A DNA stretch of 64,000 nucleotides from Escherichia coli (GTDB taxonomy: Bacteria > Pseudomonadota > Gammaproteobacteria > Enterobacterales > Enterobacteriaceae): NCBI RefSeq assembly GCF_022846255.1, contig NZ_AP025682.1, one strand, 5' to 3'. This document shows, one piece after another, positions 51,310-62,938 of this stretch (within the stretch, counting starts at the first letter, position 1; each line of letters starts with the position of its first letter). The position numbers were made by a program, and so were the translations under genes. Below the pieces are notes generated by a model. That model saw only the letters and a list, made by a program, of their open reading frames with translations, was not told the DNA's origin and did not search any database.

Positions 51310-52731
51310 ATGATGAGCAAAATAAACCAAACGGATATCGATCGGTTGATTGAAATGGTCGGCGGGCGCGGCAATATTGCGACGGTGAGCCACTGTATTA
51401 CTCGCCTGCGCTTTGTCCTCAACCAACCGGCCAATGCCAGACCGAAAGAAATTGAGCAACTCCCCATGGTGAAAGGCTGTTTCACCAATGCCGGGCAATT
51501 TCAGGTGGTGATTGGCACCAACGTGGGTGATTACTATCAAGCACTGATTGCGTCAACCGGACAGGCGCAGGTTGATAAAGAGCAGGTAAAAAAAGCCGCC
51601 CGGCAGAATATGAAATGGCATGAGCAGTTGATCTCTCATTTCGCGGAGATCTTCTTCCCATTGCTGCCCGCGTTGATTAGTGGTGGTTTGATCCTCGGTT
51701 TTCGCAATGTGATCGGCGATTTGCCCATGAGCAACGGTCAGACGCTGGCGCAAATGTACCCTTCCCTGCAAACGATCTACGATTTTCTGTGGTTGATCGG
51801 TGAAGCGATCTTCTTCTACCTGCCGGTCGGGATTTGCTGGTCAGCGGTGAAAAAAATGGGTGGTACACCGATCCTCGGTATCGTGCTTGGCGTAACGCTG
51901 GTTTCTCCACAGCTGATGAACGCTTATCTGCTCGGGCAGCAGCTGCCGGAAGTATGGGACTTTGGCATATTCAGCATCGCCAAAGTGGGCTATCAGGCGC
52001 AGGTCATCCCGGCACTGTTAGCCGGACTGGCGCTGGGCGTTATTGAAACTCGTCTTAAGCGCATCGTGCCGGATTACCTCTATCTGGTGGTGGTGCCCGT
52101 CTGTTCGCTGATCCTCGCGGTGTTCCTCGCCCATGCGCTGATTGGTCCGTTTGGTCGCATGATTGGCGATGGCGTTGCCTTTGCGGTACGTCACCTGATG
52201 ACCGGCAGCTTTGCTCCGATTGGCGCGGCATTGTTTGGCTTCCTGTACGCCCCGCTGGTGATCACCGGCGTACACCAGACCACGCTTGCTATTGATTTGC
52301 AGATGATTCAAAGCATGGGTGGCACGCCAGTGTGGCCGCTGATTGCGCTGTCGAATATTGCTCAGGGCTCCGCCGTGATAGGTATTATCATTTCCAGCCG
52401 CAAGCACAATGAACGCGAGATCTCCGTGCCTGCCGCTATCTCCGCCTGGCTTGGAGTCACTGAGCCTGCTATGTACGGCATCAACCTGAAATATCGCTTC
52501 CCGATGCTGTGCGCGATGATTGGTTCTGGTCTGGCAGGATTGCTATGCGGCCTGAACGGCGTTATGGCGAATGGCATCGGCGTAGGCGGCCTGCCGGGAA
52601 TTCTCTCGATTCAGCCGAGCTACTGGCAGGTGTTTGCGCTGGCAATGGCTATCGCCATCATCATCCCGATTGTACTCACCTCGTTTATCTATCAGCGGAA
52701 ATACCGCCTGGGCACGCTGGACATTGTTTAA
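51310..52731 (+). CDS. treB: PTS trehalose-specific EIIBC component
   Basis: EIIB Cys motif VSHCITRLRF followed by a polytopic EIIC, 473 aa. Confidence 0.95.
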   Translation: MMSKINQTDIDRLIEMVGGRGNIATVSHCITRLRFVLNQPANARPKEIEQLPMVKGCFTNAGQFQVVIGTNVGDYYQALIASTGQAQVDKEQVKKAARQNMKWHEQLISHFAEIFFPLLPALISGGLILGFRNVIGDLPMSNGQTLAQMYPSLQTIYDFLWLIGEAIFFYLPVGICWSAVKKMGGTPILGIVLGVTLVSPQLMNAYLLGQQLPEVWDFGIFSIAKVGYQAQVIPALLAGLALGVIETRLKRIVPDYLYLVVVPVCSLILAVFLAHALIGPFGRMIGDGVAFAVRHLMTGSFAPIGAALFGFLYAPLVITGVHQTTLAIDLQMIQSMGGTPVWPLIALSNIAQGSAVIGIIISSRKHNEREISVPAAISAWLGVTEPAMYGINLKYRFPMLCAMIGSGLAGLLCGLNGVMANGIGVGGLPGILSIQPSYWQVFALAMAIAIIIPIVLTSFIYQRKYRLGTLDIV

Positions 52732-52780
52732 TTTTCTTCGGGGCGCAATTGCGCCCCCTCGCATTTGCAGGAATAACGTA

Positions 52781-54436
52781 ATGACTCATCTTCCCCACTG
52801 GTGGCAAAACGGCGTTATCTACCAGATTTATCCAAAGAGTTTTCAGGACACCACGGGTAGCGGCACCGGCGATTTACGTGGCGTTATCCAACGCCTGGAC
52901 TATCTGCATAAACTGGGCGTTGATGCCATCTGGCTAACCCCCTTTTATGTCTCTCCCCAGGTCGATAACGGTTACGACGTAGCGAATTATACGGCGATTG
53001 ATCCCACCTATGGCACGCTGGACGATTTTGACGAACTGGTGACACAGGCAAAATCGCGTGGGATTCGTATCATTCTCGATATGGTGTTTAACCATACCTC
53101 TACCCAACATGCCTGGTTTCGCGAGGCGCTGAACAAAGAAAGCCCTTACCGCCAGTTTTATATCTGGCGCGATGGAGAACCAGAAACGCCACCGAACAAC
53201 TGGCGTTCAAAATTCGGTGGTAGTGCGTGGCGCTGGCATGCAGAAAGCGAACAGTACTATTTGCATCTCTTTGCACCAGAACAGGCGGATCTCAACTGGG
53301 AGAATCCAGCGGTACGCGCAGAGCTGAAAAAAGTCTGTGAGTTCTGGGCCGATCGTGGGGTCGACGGGTTGCGCCTGGATGTGGTGAATCTGATCTCCAA
53401 AGATCCGCGTTACCCTGAAGACCTGGATGGCGACGGGCGTCGCTTCTATACCGACGGGCCACGAGCACACGAGTTTTTGCACGAGATGAACCGCGATGTG
53501 TTTACGCCACGCGGGTTAATGACCGTAGGTGAAATGTCCTCCACCAGCCTTGAGCATTGCCAGCGATACGCGGCACTGACAGGCAGTGAATTGTCGATGA
53601 CCTTTAATTTTCATCACCTGAAGGTCGATTATCCCGGAGGTGAAAAATGGACGCTGGCTAAACCTGACTTTGTGGCGTTGAAAACATTGTTCCGCCACTG
53701 GCAACAAGGAATGCACAACGTGGCATGGAATGCCTTGTTCTGGTGTAACCACGATCAGCCGCGCATTGTTTCTCGCTTTGGTGATGAAGGTGAATACCGC
53801 GTGCCTGCGGCAAAAATGCTGGCGATGGTGCTGCATGGCATGCAGGGAACGCCGTATATCTACCAGGGCGAAGAGATTGGCATGACCAACCCACATTTCA
53901 CGCGCATTACTGACTATCGCGACGTGGAGAGCCTCAATATGTTTGCCGAGCTGCGCAACGATGGGCGTGATGCCGACGAGTTATTGGCAATCCTCGCCAG
54001 TAAATCCCGTGACAACAGTCGCACACCCATGCAATGGACCAACGGCGATAATGCCGGGTTTACGGCTGGCGAACCGTGGATTGGCCTGGGCGATAACTAT
54101 CAGGAAATCAACGTAGAAGCAGCGCTGGCCGATGAGTCCTCGGTGTTTTACACCTACCAAAAGTTAATCGCACTGCGTAAGCAAGAAGCCGTCCTGACAT
54201 GGGGCGATTACCAGGATCTGCTGCCAAACAGCCCTGTATTGTGGTGCTATCGCCGTGAGTGGAAGGGGCAAACCTTGCTGGTCATTGCCAACCTTAGCCG
54301 TGAGACCCAACCCTGGCAGCCAGGGAAAATGCTCGGCAACTGGCAGCTTGTGATGCATAACTACGAAGAAGCCTCACCACAACCCTGTACCATGACTTTA
54401 CGGCCTTTTGAGGCTGTCTGGTGGTTACAGAAGTAA
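52781..54436 (+). CDS. treC: trehalose-6-phosphate hydrolase (GH13)
   Basis: MTHLPHWWQNGVIYQIYPKSF..., DMVFNHTS, GLRLDVVN, 551 aa from the ATG at 52781 (the track ORF is 5'-extended). Confidence 0.95.
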   Translation: MTHLPHWWQNGVIYQIYPKSFQDTTGSGTGDLRGVIQRLDYLHKLGVDAIWLTPFYVSPQVDNGYDVANYTAIDPTYGTLDDFDELVTQAKSRGIRIILDMVFNHTSTQHAWFREALNKESPYRQFYIWRDGEPETPPNNWRSKFGGSAWRWHAESEQYYLHLFAPEQADLNWENPAVRAELKKVCEFWADRGVDGLRLDVVNLISKDPRYPEDLDGDGRRFYTDGPRAHEFLHEMNRDVFTPRGLMTVGEMSSTSLEHCQRYAALTGSELSMTFNFHHLKVDYPGGEKWTLAKPDFVALKTLFRHWQQGMHNVAWNALFWCNHDQPRIVSRFGDEGEYRVPAAKMLAMVLHGMQGTPYIYQGEEIGMTNPHFTRITDYRDVESLNMFAELRNDGRDADELLAILASKSRDNSRTPMQWTNGDNAGFTAGEPWIGLGDNYQEINVEAALADESSVFYTYQKLIALRKQEAVLTWGDYQDLLPNSPVLWCYRREWKGQTLLVIANLSRETQPWQPGKMLGNWQLVMHNYEEASPQPCTMTLRPFEAVWWLQK

Positions 54437-54580
54437 ATCTTCGCTAAGCCCCGGTAATGCCTGTCATTCCGGGGTTTTGCCTGTCAGTATGTTGTTTTTG
54501 TTGATTTTATAATCAAAAAATTCATTAAAAAATTTACATATCGCTGTAGCGCCCGTCATCCGTACGCTCTGCTTTTTACT

Positions 54581-54670
54581 TTGAGCTACATCAAAAAAAG
54601 TTCAAACATCCTTGATGCAAAGCACTATATATAGACTTTAAAATGCGTCCCAACCCAATATGTTGTATTA
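54581..54670 (+). promoter_or_regulatory. nrdDG anaerobic promoter region: two FNR sites and probable NrdR boxes
   Basis: TTGAGCTACATCAA (54581-54594) and TTGATGCAAAGCAC (54612-54625) have centres 31 bp apart. AT-rich boxes CACTATATATAGAC and CCAATATGTTGTAT resemble NrdR boxes. Confidence 0.6.
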
Positions 54671-54829
54671 ATCGACTATAATTGCTACTACAGCTCCCCA
54701 CGAAAAAGGTGCGACGTTGTGGATAAGCGGATGGCGATTGCGGAAAGCACCGGAAAACGAAACGAAAAAACCGGAAAACGCCTTTCCCAATTTCTGTGGA
54801 TAACCTGTTCTTAAAAATATGGAGCGATC

Positions 54830-56968
54830 ATGACACCGCATGTGATGAAACGAGACGGCTGCAAAGTGCCGTTTAAATCAGAGCGCATCAAAGAAGCGAT
54901 TCTGCGTGCAGCTAAAGCAGCGGAAGTCGATGATGCCGATTATTGCGCCACTGTTGCTGCGGTTGTCAGCGAGCAGATGCAGGGCCGCAACCAGGTGGAT
55001 ATCAATGAGATCCAGACCGCAGTTGAAAACCAGCTGATGTCGGGGCCATACAAACAACTGGCTCGTGCTTACATCGAGTACCGTCACGATCGCGACATTG
55101 AACGTGAAAAACGCGGTCGCCTGAACCAGGAGATCCGTGGTCTGGTCGAGCAGACCAACTCCTCGTTACTCAACGAAAACGCCAACAAAGACAGCAAGGT
55201 GATTCCAACCCAGCGCGACCTGCTGGCCGGGATCGTGGCTAAACACTATGCACGCCAGCACCTGCTGCCGCGTGACGTGGTGCAGGCACATGAACGTGGT
55301 GATATTCACTATCACGATCTCGATTACTCACCGTTCTTCCCGATGTTCAACTGCATGTTGATCGACCTGAAAGGCATGCTGACCCAGGGCTTTAAAATGG
55401 GGAACGCCGAGATTGAACCGCCGAAATCGATCTCTACGGCAACCGCGGTAACTGCGCAGATTATTGCTCAGGTCGCCAGCCATATTTATGGCGGCACCAC
55501 CATTAACCGTATCGATGAAGTGCTGGCACCGTTTGTCACCGCCAGCTACAACAAACATCGCAAGACCGCAGAAGAGTGGAACATCCCGGACGCCGAAGGC
55601 TACGCTAACTCTCGTACCATCAAAGAGTGCTACGATGCCTTCCAGTCGCTGGAGTACGAAGTAAACACCCTGCACACCGCCAACGGTCAAACACCGTTTG
55701 TGACCTTTGGTTTTGGTCTGGGCACCAGCTGGGAGTCGCGCCTGATTCAGGAATCTATCCTGCGTAACCGTATCGCCGGCCTCGGTAAAAACCGTAAAAC
55801 GGCGGTGTTCCCGAAACTGGTGTTTGCGATTCGCGATGGCCTGAACCATAAAAAAGGCGATCCGAACTACGACATCAAACAGCTGGCGCTGGAGTGCGCA
55901 AGCAAGCGCATGTATCCGGATATCCTTAACTACGATCAGGTAGTGAAAGTCACCGGTTCGTTTAAAACCCCGATGGGCTGCCGCAGCTTCCTCGGCGTGT
56001 GGGAAAATGAAAACGGCGAGCAGATCCACGATGGTCGTAACAACCTCGGCGTGATCAGCCTGAACCTGCCGCGTATTGCTCTGGAAGCAAAAGGCGATGA
56101 AGCCACCTTCTGGAAGCTGCTGGATGAACGTCTGGTGTTGGCACGTAAGGCGCTGATGACCCGTATCGCTCGTCTCGAAGGCGTGAAAGCGCGCGTAGCC
56201 CCGATCCTCTATATGGAAGGCGCTTGTGGCGTGCGTCTGAATGCTGACGACGACGTTTCTGAAATCTTCAAAAACGGTCGTGCGTCTATTTCGCTGGGTT
56301 ACATCGGCATCCACGAAACCATTAACGCGCTGTTCGGCGGCGAGCATGTTTACGACAACGAGCAGCTGCGCGCGAAAGGTATTGCGATTGTTGAGCGTCT
56401 GCGTCAGGCGGTGGATCAGTGGAAAGAAGAAACTGGCTACGGTTTCAGCCTCTACAGTACACCGAGTGAGAACCTGTGCGACCGCTTCTGCCGTCTCGAT
56501 ACCGCTGAGTTTGGCGTGGTGCCGGGCGTGACCGATAAAGGTTACTACACCAACAGTTTCCACCTCGATGTGGAGAAGAAGGTGAACCCGTACGACAAGA
56601 TCGACTTTGAAGCGCCTTACCCGCCACTGGCGAACGGTGGCTTCATTTGCTATGGCGAGTATCCAAACATTCAGCACAACCTGAAGGCGCTGGAAGATGT
56701 CTGGGATTACAGCTATCAGCATGTACCGTATTACGGCACCAACACACCGATCGATGAATGCTACGAGTGTGGCTTTACCGGCGAATTTGAGTGCACCAGC
56801 AAAGGCTTCACTTGTCCGAAATGTGGTAACCATGACACCTCCCGTGTGTCGGTGACTCGCCGCGTGTGCGGATATTTAGGTAGCCCGGATGCACGTCCGT
56901 TTAACGCTGGTAAGCAGGAAGAAGTTAAGCGCCGCGTTAAACATTTGGGAAATGGGCAGATAGGTTAA
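54830..56968 (+). CDS. nrdD: anaerobic ribonucleoside-triphosphate reductase
   Basis: N-terminal ATP-cone, C-terminal Zn Cys cluster CYECGF...CPKCG, glycyl-radical motif RRVCGYLG, 712 aa. Confidence 0.96.
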   Translation: MTPHVMKRDGCKVPFKSERIKEAILRAAKAAEVDDADYCATVAAVVSEQMQGRNQVDINEIQTAVENQLMSGPYKQLARAYIEYRHDRDIEREKRGRLNQEIRGLVEQTNSSLLNENANKDSKVIPTQRDLLAGIVAKHYARQHLLPRDVVQAHERGDIHYHDLDYSPFFPMFNCMLIDLKGMLTQGFKMGNAEIEPPKSISTATAVTAQIIAQVASHIYGGTTINRIDEVLAPFVTASYNKHRKTAEEWNIPDAEGYANSRTIKECYDAFQSLEYEVNTLHTANGQTPFVTFGFGLGTSWESRLIQESILRNRIAGLGKNRKTAVFPKLVFAIRDGLNHKKGDPNYDIKQLALECASKRMYPDILNYDQVVKVTGSFKTPMGCRSFLGVWENENGEQIHDGRNNLGVISLNLPRIALEAKGDEATFWKLLDERLVLARKALMTRIARLEGVKARVAPILYMEGACGVRLNADDDVSEIFKNGRASISLGYIGIHETINALFGGEHVYDNEQLRAKGIAIVERLRQAVDQWKEETGYGFSLYSTPSENLCDRFCRLDTAEFGVVPGVTDKGYYTNSFHLDVEKKVNPYDKIDFEAPYPPLANGGFICYGEYPNIQHNLKALEDVWDYSYQHVPYYGTNTPIDECYECGFTGEFECTSKGFTCPKCGNHDTSRVSVTRRVCGYLGSPDARPFNAGKQEEVKRRVKHLGNGQIG

Positions 56969-56989
56969 TCTTCACTCTGTGTTAAGCAA

Positions 56990-57100
<111 letters not shown>

Positions 57101-57125
57101 GCGGACTGATAAGCCAGGTGAAATA

Positions 57126-57590
57126 ATGAACTATCATCAGTACTATCCTGTCGACATCGTCAACGGCCCCGGCACTCGCTGCACCCTGTTTGTCTCCGGG
57201 TGTGTTCATGAATGCCCCGGTTGCTATAACAAAAGCACCTGGCGGGTAAATTCCGGTCAGCCATTTACCAAAGCAATGGAAGACCAGATCATTAACGATC
57301 TGAATGACACTCGCATCAAACGCCAGGGTATTTCCCTCTCCGGCGGCGATCCGCTGCATCCGCAAAACGTGCCGGATATTCTGAAACTGGTACAACGCAT
57401 CCGCGCCGAGTGTCCGGGTAAAGACATCTGGGTGTGGACAGGCTATAAACTCGACGAACTCAACGCTGCGCAAATGCAGGTTGTTGATTTGATTAACGTG
57501 CTGGTCGACGGCAAATTTGTGCAGGATTTAAAAGACCCTTCCCTGATCTGGCGCGGCAGCAGCAATCAGGTGGTGCATCATTTGCGATGA
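57126..57590 (+). CDS. nrdG: anaerobic RNR activating enzyme (radical SAM)
   Basis: CxxxCxxC cluster GCVHECPGCYN, 154 aa. Confidence 0.95.
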   Translation: MNYHQYYPVDIVNGPGTRCTLFVSGCVHECPGCYNKSTWRVNSGQPFTKAMEDQIINDLNDTRIKRQGISLSGGDPLHPQNVPDILKLVQRIRAECPGKDIWVWTGYKLDELNAAQMQVVDLINVLVDGKFVQDLKDPSLIWRGSSNQVVHHLR

Positions 57591-57634
57591 TAAGTTCCCT
57601 GTTACCTGAGTGCAGGCAACAGGGAATTAAAGAA

Positions 57635-58024
<390 letters not shown>

Positions 58025-58203
58025 TCACTTCCTTTTTTATTTACACTTCATCCTTCACACTGCCTCATCGACGGCTACGCTCATTCGCCCGAGTCACGTA
58101 CTACGAGTACGCTCCCCGGCTCTCATTCACTTTCCGTCTCGATGCAGTGCGAATGATTTTGTGTAATTTTTTAGTTTATAGCGCGGCAGGTCGCGCCAGT
58201 TTT

Positions 58204-59556
58204 TTACTGCCCGGCGATTTTCATCTCCGGCAACAGCACAGAACCACACTGTATATTACTGCGTGTTTCAATATCGTTACCGACGGTGACAATATTGCGC
58301 CACATATCTTTTAAATTACCAGCGATGGTGATTTCGCTCACCGGATACTGAATCTCGCCATTCTCTACCCAGAAGCCCGCTGCACCACGGGAATAATCAC
58401 CGGTAATGGCACTCACGCCCTGGCCCATCAATTCCGTCACCACCAGCCCAGTGCCCATCTCTTTGAGCATCTGCTCGAAGCTTAGACCTTGTCCGGCAAT
58501 GCGCCAGTTGTGAATACCGCCCGCATGTCCGGTGCTTTTCAGCCCCAATTTGCGCGCCGAATAGCTGGTCAGCAGCCACTGAGTCAGGATGCCATCTTTG
58601 ACGATATCGCGGCGCTCGGTGCGCACACCTTCGCTGTCGAATGGTGTAGATGCCAGCCCTTTCAGCAGATGCGGATGTTCTTCAATAGTCAGCCAGTCCG
58701 GCAGAATTTGTTTACCGAGCGAGTCGAGCAAGAAGGTCGATTTACGGTAGACCGCACCACCCGCTATCGCCCCCACCAAATGACCAAACAACCCTGTTGC
58801 CACTTCATTGGCAAAAATCACCGGCGCTTTCATGGTAGAAAGTTTACGCGGTGACAGGCGCGATAAGGTACGGCGAGCACAGTCGGCCCCAACCCACTCT
58901 GGCGTTTGTAGATCGCTCATCGCACGCCCAATGGTGTAGGCATAATCGCGCTCCATATCGCCATTTTCTTCGGCGATTACACAACTGGAGAGCGAATGAC
59001 GCGTTGAGCAGTAACCCTGCAACATGCCGTGGCTGTTGCCAAAAACTTTGACACCGTAGTGGCTGTTAAAGCTACCGCCTTCGGTATTGGTGATGCGTTT
59101 GTCCGCCTGCAATGCCGCCTGTTCCGCACGGGCCGCCAGTTCAATGGCTTCATCCGGAGAAACGTCCGCAGGGTGGAACAGGTCAAGATCCGGCGCGTCG
59201 AAAGCCAGCAGTTCTTTGTCTGCCACGCCTGCATACGGATCTGGCGAAGTGTAACGGGCAATATCCAGCGCCGCCTGTACGGTGCGGGCAATGGCCTGCG
59301 GGCTTAAATCGGTAGACGATGCGCTACCTTTACGGTTCTGGTGATAAACGGTGATCCCCAGCGCGCCATCGCTATTGAATTCAACATTCTCCACTTCACC
59401 ATAACGCGTGCTTACGCTAATGCCGGTGGTCTTGCTGACGGCAACTTCTGCACCGTCCGATTTGCCTGAGGCCAACTCCAGCGCAGTCGAAACTGCTTCT
59501 TCCAGAATCTTGCGCTGCGCTTCAACTTGAGAGATTACTTTCATTGCAAGTGCCAT
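58204..59556 (-). CDS. pmbA: metalloprotease subunit PmbA/TldE
   Basis: [30 protein letters not shown]..., 450 aa. Confidence 0.94.
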   Translation of the reverse strand: MALAMKVISQVEAQRKILEEAVSTALELASGKSDGAEVAVSKTTGISVSTRYGEVENVEFNSDGALGITVYHQNRKGSASSTDLSPQAIARTVQAALDIARYTSPDPYAGVADKELLAFDAPDLDLFHPADVSPDEAIELAARAEQAALQADKRITNTEGGSFNSHYGVKVFGNSHGMLQGYCSTRHSLSSCVIAEENGDMERDYAYTIGRAMSDLQTPEWVGADCARRTLSRLSPRKLSTMKAPVIFANEVATGLFGHLVGAIAGGAVYRKSTFLLDSLGKQILPDWLTIEEHPHLLKGLASTPFDSEGVRTERRDIVKDGILTQWLLTSYSARKLGLKSTGHAGGIHNWRIAGQGLSFEQMLKEMGTGLVVTELMGQGVSAITGDYSRGAAGFWVENGEIQYPVSEITIAGNLKDMWRNIVTVGNDIETRSNIQCGSVLLPEMKIAGQ

Positions 59557-59649
59557 AATGTAGAGAGTTTCTCTGAAGTCTAACAGAGAACCGTTTTTCA
59601 GTGCGCATCTTAACTGGTAACATTAGCCTCTTTTTTTAAGGAGCCTGAG

Positions 59650-60201
59650 ATGACTAAGCAGCCCGAAGACTGGCTCGACGACGTTCCCGGTGATGACATC
59701 GAAGACGAAGACGATGAAATTATCTGGGTCAGTAAAAGTGAAATTAAACGTGATGCCGAGGAGCTAAAACGCCTTGGCGCGGAAATTGTTGATCTGGGGA
59801 AAAACGCGCTGGATAAGATCCCGTTAGATGCGGATCTGCGCGCGGCTATTGAGCTCGCCCAGCGTATTAAGATGGAAGGTCGCCGCCGCCAGTTGCAGCT
59901 CATCGGTAAGATGCTGCGCCAGCGCGACGTAGAACCGATCCGTCAGGCGCTGGATAAGCTGAAAAACCGCCACAACCAGCAAGTGGTGTTGTTCCATAAA
60001 CTGGAAAACCTGCGCGATCGTCTGATCGAGCAAGGTGATGACGCCATCGCTGAAGTATTGAATCTGTGGCCCGATGCCGATCGTCAGCAACTGCGTACTC
60101 TGATCCGTAACGCGAAGAAAGAGAAAGAAGGGAATAAGCCGCCGAAATCCGCGCGCCAGATTTTCCAGTATCTGCGTGAGTTAGCGGAAAACGAAGGGTA
60201 A
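59650..60201 (+). CDS. yjgA: ribosome-associated protein YjgA (DarP)
   Basis: [35 protein letters not shown]..., 183 aa. Confidence 0.92.
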   Translation: MTKQPEDWLDDVPGDDIEDEDDEIIWVSKSEIKRDAEELKRLGAEIVDLGKNALDKIPLDADLRAAIELAQRIKMEGRRRQLQLIGKMLRQRDVEPIRQALDKLKNRHNQQVVLFHKLENLRDRLIEQGDDAIAEVLNLWPDADRQQLRTLIRNAKKEKEGNKPPKSARQIFQYLRELAENEG

Positions 60202-60227
60202 TTTTCGTTGTTGATGTGAGTATGGTT

Positions 60228-60348
60228 TGCCGGATGCGGTGCACCTGTAGGCCTGATAAGACGCATCAAGCGTCGCATCAGGCACTATGCTCAAATGCCG
60301 GATGCGACGTGAACGCCTTATCCGGCCTACACACACTCTATCAGGCTG
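60228..60348. repeat. REP elements
   Basis: GCCGGATGCGGTGCACCTGTAGGCCTGATAAGACGC...GCCGGATGCGACGTGAACGCCTTATCCGGCCTAC. Confidence 0.8.
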
Positions 60349-60358
60349 AGGCTGTGAA

Positions 60359-61732
60359 TTACTGCGCAGCTTCCGCTTTCTTCGCCAGACCATCCAGCAG
60401 TTTCTGATGGATCCCACCAAAACCGCCGTTGCTCATCACCAGAATGTGATCGCCCGGCTGAGCGGTTTTCACCACCATATCTGCCAGCGTATCCACATCG
60501 CCGCTCCAGTGTGCAGGCTGAACGCAGGCTTCTGCCACTTCTGCCACCTGCCACGGAATATGCGCCGGTTGCAGCAGGAAGACTTCATCGGCACGACCTA
60601 ATGAAGGTGCCAGATCGTCTTTGCAGATCCCCATTTTCATGGTGTTTGAGCGCGGTTCCAGCACAGCAATAATGCGCGCCGTACCGCCAACTTTGCCGCG
60701 CAGCGCCGCAAGCGTTGCCAGAATCGCCGTCGGGTGATGGGCAAAATCATCATACACCGTCACGCCATTTGCTTCTCCGCGCAACTCCAGACGACGACGA
60801 GCGTTAATAAACGAACCCAGCGCGTTAGCAGCATCTGCCGGCGCTACGCCAACATGACGGGCCGCCGCAATCGCCATCAGGCCGTTGTGCATATTATGTT
60901 CGCCCACCAGCGACCATTTCACTTCGCCCACTTTTTCGCCATCCAGCAAGACTTCCCATTCGGAAGCGTCAGTGGTCAGCTTTTTCGCCTGCCAGTGACC
61001 TTGCTCGCCCACCAGCTCCTGCTCGCTCCAACAGCCCATCGCCATGGTCTGTTTCAGGTTGATGTCGTTTTCCGGCCAGATAATACGGCCCTGCCCCGGA
61101 ACGATACGCACCAGATGGTGGAACTGTTTCTGGATCGCTTTCAGGTCGTCAAAGATATCGGCGTGATCGAACTCAAGGTTGTTGAGGATCAGCGTACGCG
61201 GGCAGTAATGGACAAATTTAGAGCGTTTGTCGAAGAAGGCGCAGTCGTACTCATCCGCTTCGATAACAAAGAAGTTGCTTTCGCCCAGACGCGCCGAAAC
61301 CTCAAAGTTCCCCGGCACACCGCCGATCACAAATCCCGGTTTGTAACCGCATTGTTCCAGAATCCAGGTCGCCATTCCCGCCGTGGTGGTTTTGCCGTGT
61401 GTACCGGCAACGGCCAGCACCCAGCGGTCGCGCAGCACAAAATCGTGCAGCCACTGCGGACCTGACATATAAGGGATGTTTTTTTCCAGTACCGCTTCCA
61501 CACACGGATTTCCACGGGTCATGGCGTTACCAATAATCACCAGATCCGGCTGTGGATCGAGCTGGCTGGCATCGTAACCCTGAATCAGTTCAATGCCTTG
61601 CTTCTCAAGTAAGGTGCTCATCGGCGGATACACATTGGCGTCCGAACCCGTTACTTCATGGCCTAACTGGCGCGCCAGCATCGCCAGACCGCCCATAAAC
61701 GTGCCACAAATTCCTAAAATATGAATGCGCAT
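60359..61732 (-). CDS. mpl: UDP-N-acetylmuramate:L-Ala-gamma-D-Glu-meso-DAP ligase
   Basis: MRIHILGICGTFMGGLA..., Mur ligase P-loop GTHGKTT, 457 aa. Confidence 0.95.
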   Translation of the reverse strand: MRIHILGICGTFMGGLAMLARQLGHEVTGSDANVYPPMSTLLEKQGIELIQGYDASQLDPQPDLVIIGNAMTRGNPCVEAVLEKNIPYMSGPQWLHDFVLRDRWVLAVAGTHGKTTTAGMATWILEQCGYKPGFVIGGVPGNFEVSARLGESNFFVIEADEYDCAFFDKRSKFVHYCPRTLILNNLEFDHADIFDDLKAIQKQFHHLVRIVPGQGRIIWPENDINLKQTMAMGCWSEQELVGEQGHWQAKKLTTDASEWEVLLDGEKVGEVKWSLVGEHNMHNGLMAIAAARHVGVAPADAANALGSFINARRRLELRGEANGVTVYDDFAHHPTAILATLAALRGKVGGTARIIAVLEPRSNTMKMGICKDDLAPSLGRADEVFLLQPAHIPWQVAEVAEACVQPAHWSGDVDTLADMVVKTAQPGDHILVMSNGGFGGIHQKLLDGLAKKAEAAQ

Positions 61733-61907
61733 ACGTCACTATCCTTTTTTAATCTGGCGCTCATTTTACGCATATGTCGGGCAAGTGAGAAACGCATTTC
61801 AGGATAATCCGTAATTTGCTGGCGCGATTCACCTGAGCGCAACATTGGGATTATTTGTTAAGATTGTTGCGGTCGCTTTACTCCATAAACATTGCAGGGA
61901 AAGTTTT

Positions 61908-62906
61908 ATGAAAACGTTAGGTGAATTTATTGTCGAAAAGCAGCACGAGTTTTCTCATGCTACCGGTGAGCTCACTGCTTTGCTGTCGGCAATAAAACTG
62001 GGCGCCAAGATTATCCATCGCGATATCAACAAAGCAGGACTGGTTGATATCCTGGGTGCCAGCGGTGCTGAGAACGTGCAGGGCGAGGTTCAGCAGAAAC
62101 TCGACCTGTTCGCTAATGAGAAACTGAAAGCCGCACTGAAAGCACGCGATATCGTTGCGGGCATTGCCTCTGAAGAAGAAGATGAGATTGTCGTCTTTGA
62201 AGGCTGTGAACACGCAAAATACGTGGTGCTGATGGACCCACTGGATGGCTCGTCCAACATCGATGTTAACGTCTCTGTCGGTACCATTTTCTCTATCTAC
62301 CGCCGCGTTACGCCTGTTGGCACGCCGGTAACGGAAGAAGATTTCCTCCAGCCTGGTAACAAACAGGTTGCGGCAGGTTACGTGGTATACGGCTCCTCTA
62401 CTATGCTGGTTTACACCACCGGATGCGGTGTTCACGCCTTTACTTATGATCCTTCGCTGGGTGTTTTCTGCCTGTGCCAGGAACGGATGCGCTTCCCGGA
62501 GAAAGGCAAAACCTACTCCATCAACGAAGGAAACTACATTAAGTTTCCGAACGGGGTGAAGAAGTACATTAAATTCTGCCAGGAAGAAGATAAATCCACC
62601 AACCGCCCGTATACCTCACGTTATATCGGTTCACTGGTCGCGGATTTCCACCGTAACCTGCTGAAAGGCGGTATTTATCTCTACCCAAGCACCGCCAGCC
62701 ACCCGGACGGTAAACTACGTTTACTGTATGAGTGCAACCCGATGGCATTCCTGGCGGAACAAGCGGGCGGTAAAGCGAGCGATGGCAAAGAGCGTATTCT
62801 GGATATTATCCCGGAAACCCTGCACCAGCGCCGTTCGTTCTTTGTCGGCAACGACCATATGGTTGAAGATGTCGAACGCTTTATCCGTGAGTTCCCGGAC
62901 GCGTAA
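61908..62906 (+). CDS. fbp: fructose-1,6-bisphosphatase class I
   Basis: [23 protein letters not shown]..., DPLDGSSN motif, 332 aa from the ATG at 61908. Confidence 0.96.
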
Positions 62907-62938
62907 GCTCCTGCGCCTCTCCACACGGAGAGGCGTTT

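Noticed and set aside
55328-56833. 501-aa minus-strand ORF inside nrdD
   Set aside because: It is antisense to a fully recognisable class III RNR gene. It is a shadow ORF with no independent signals.
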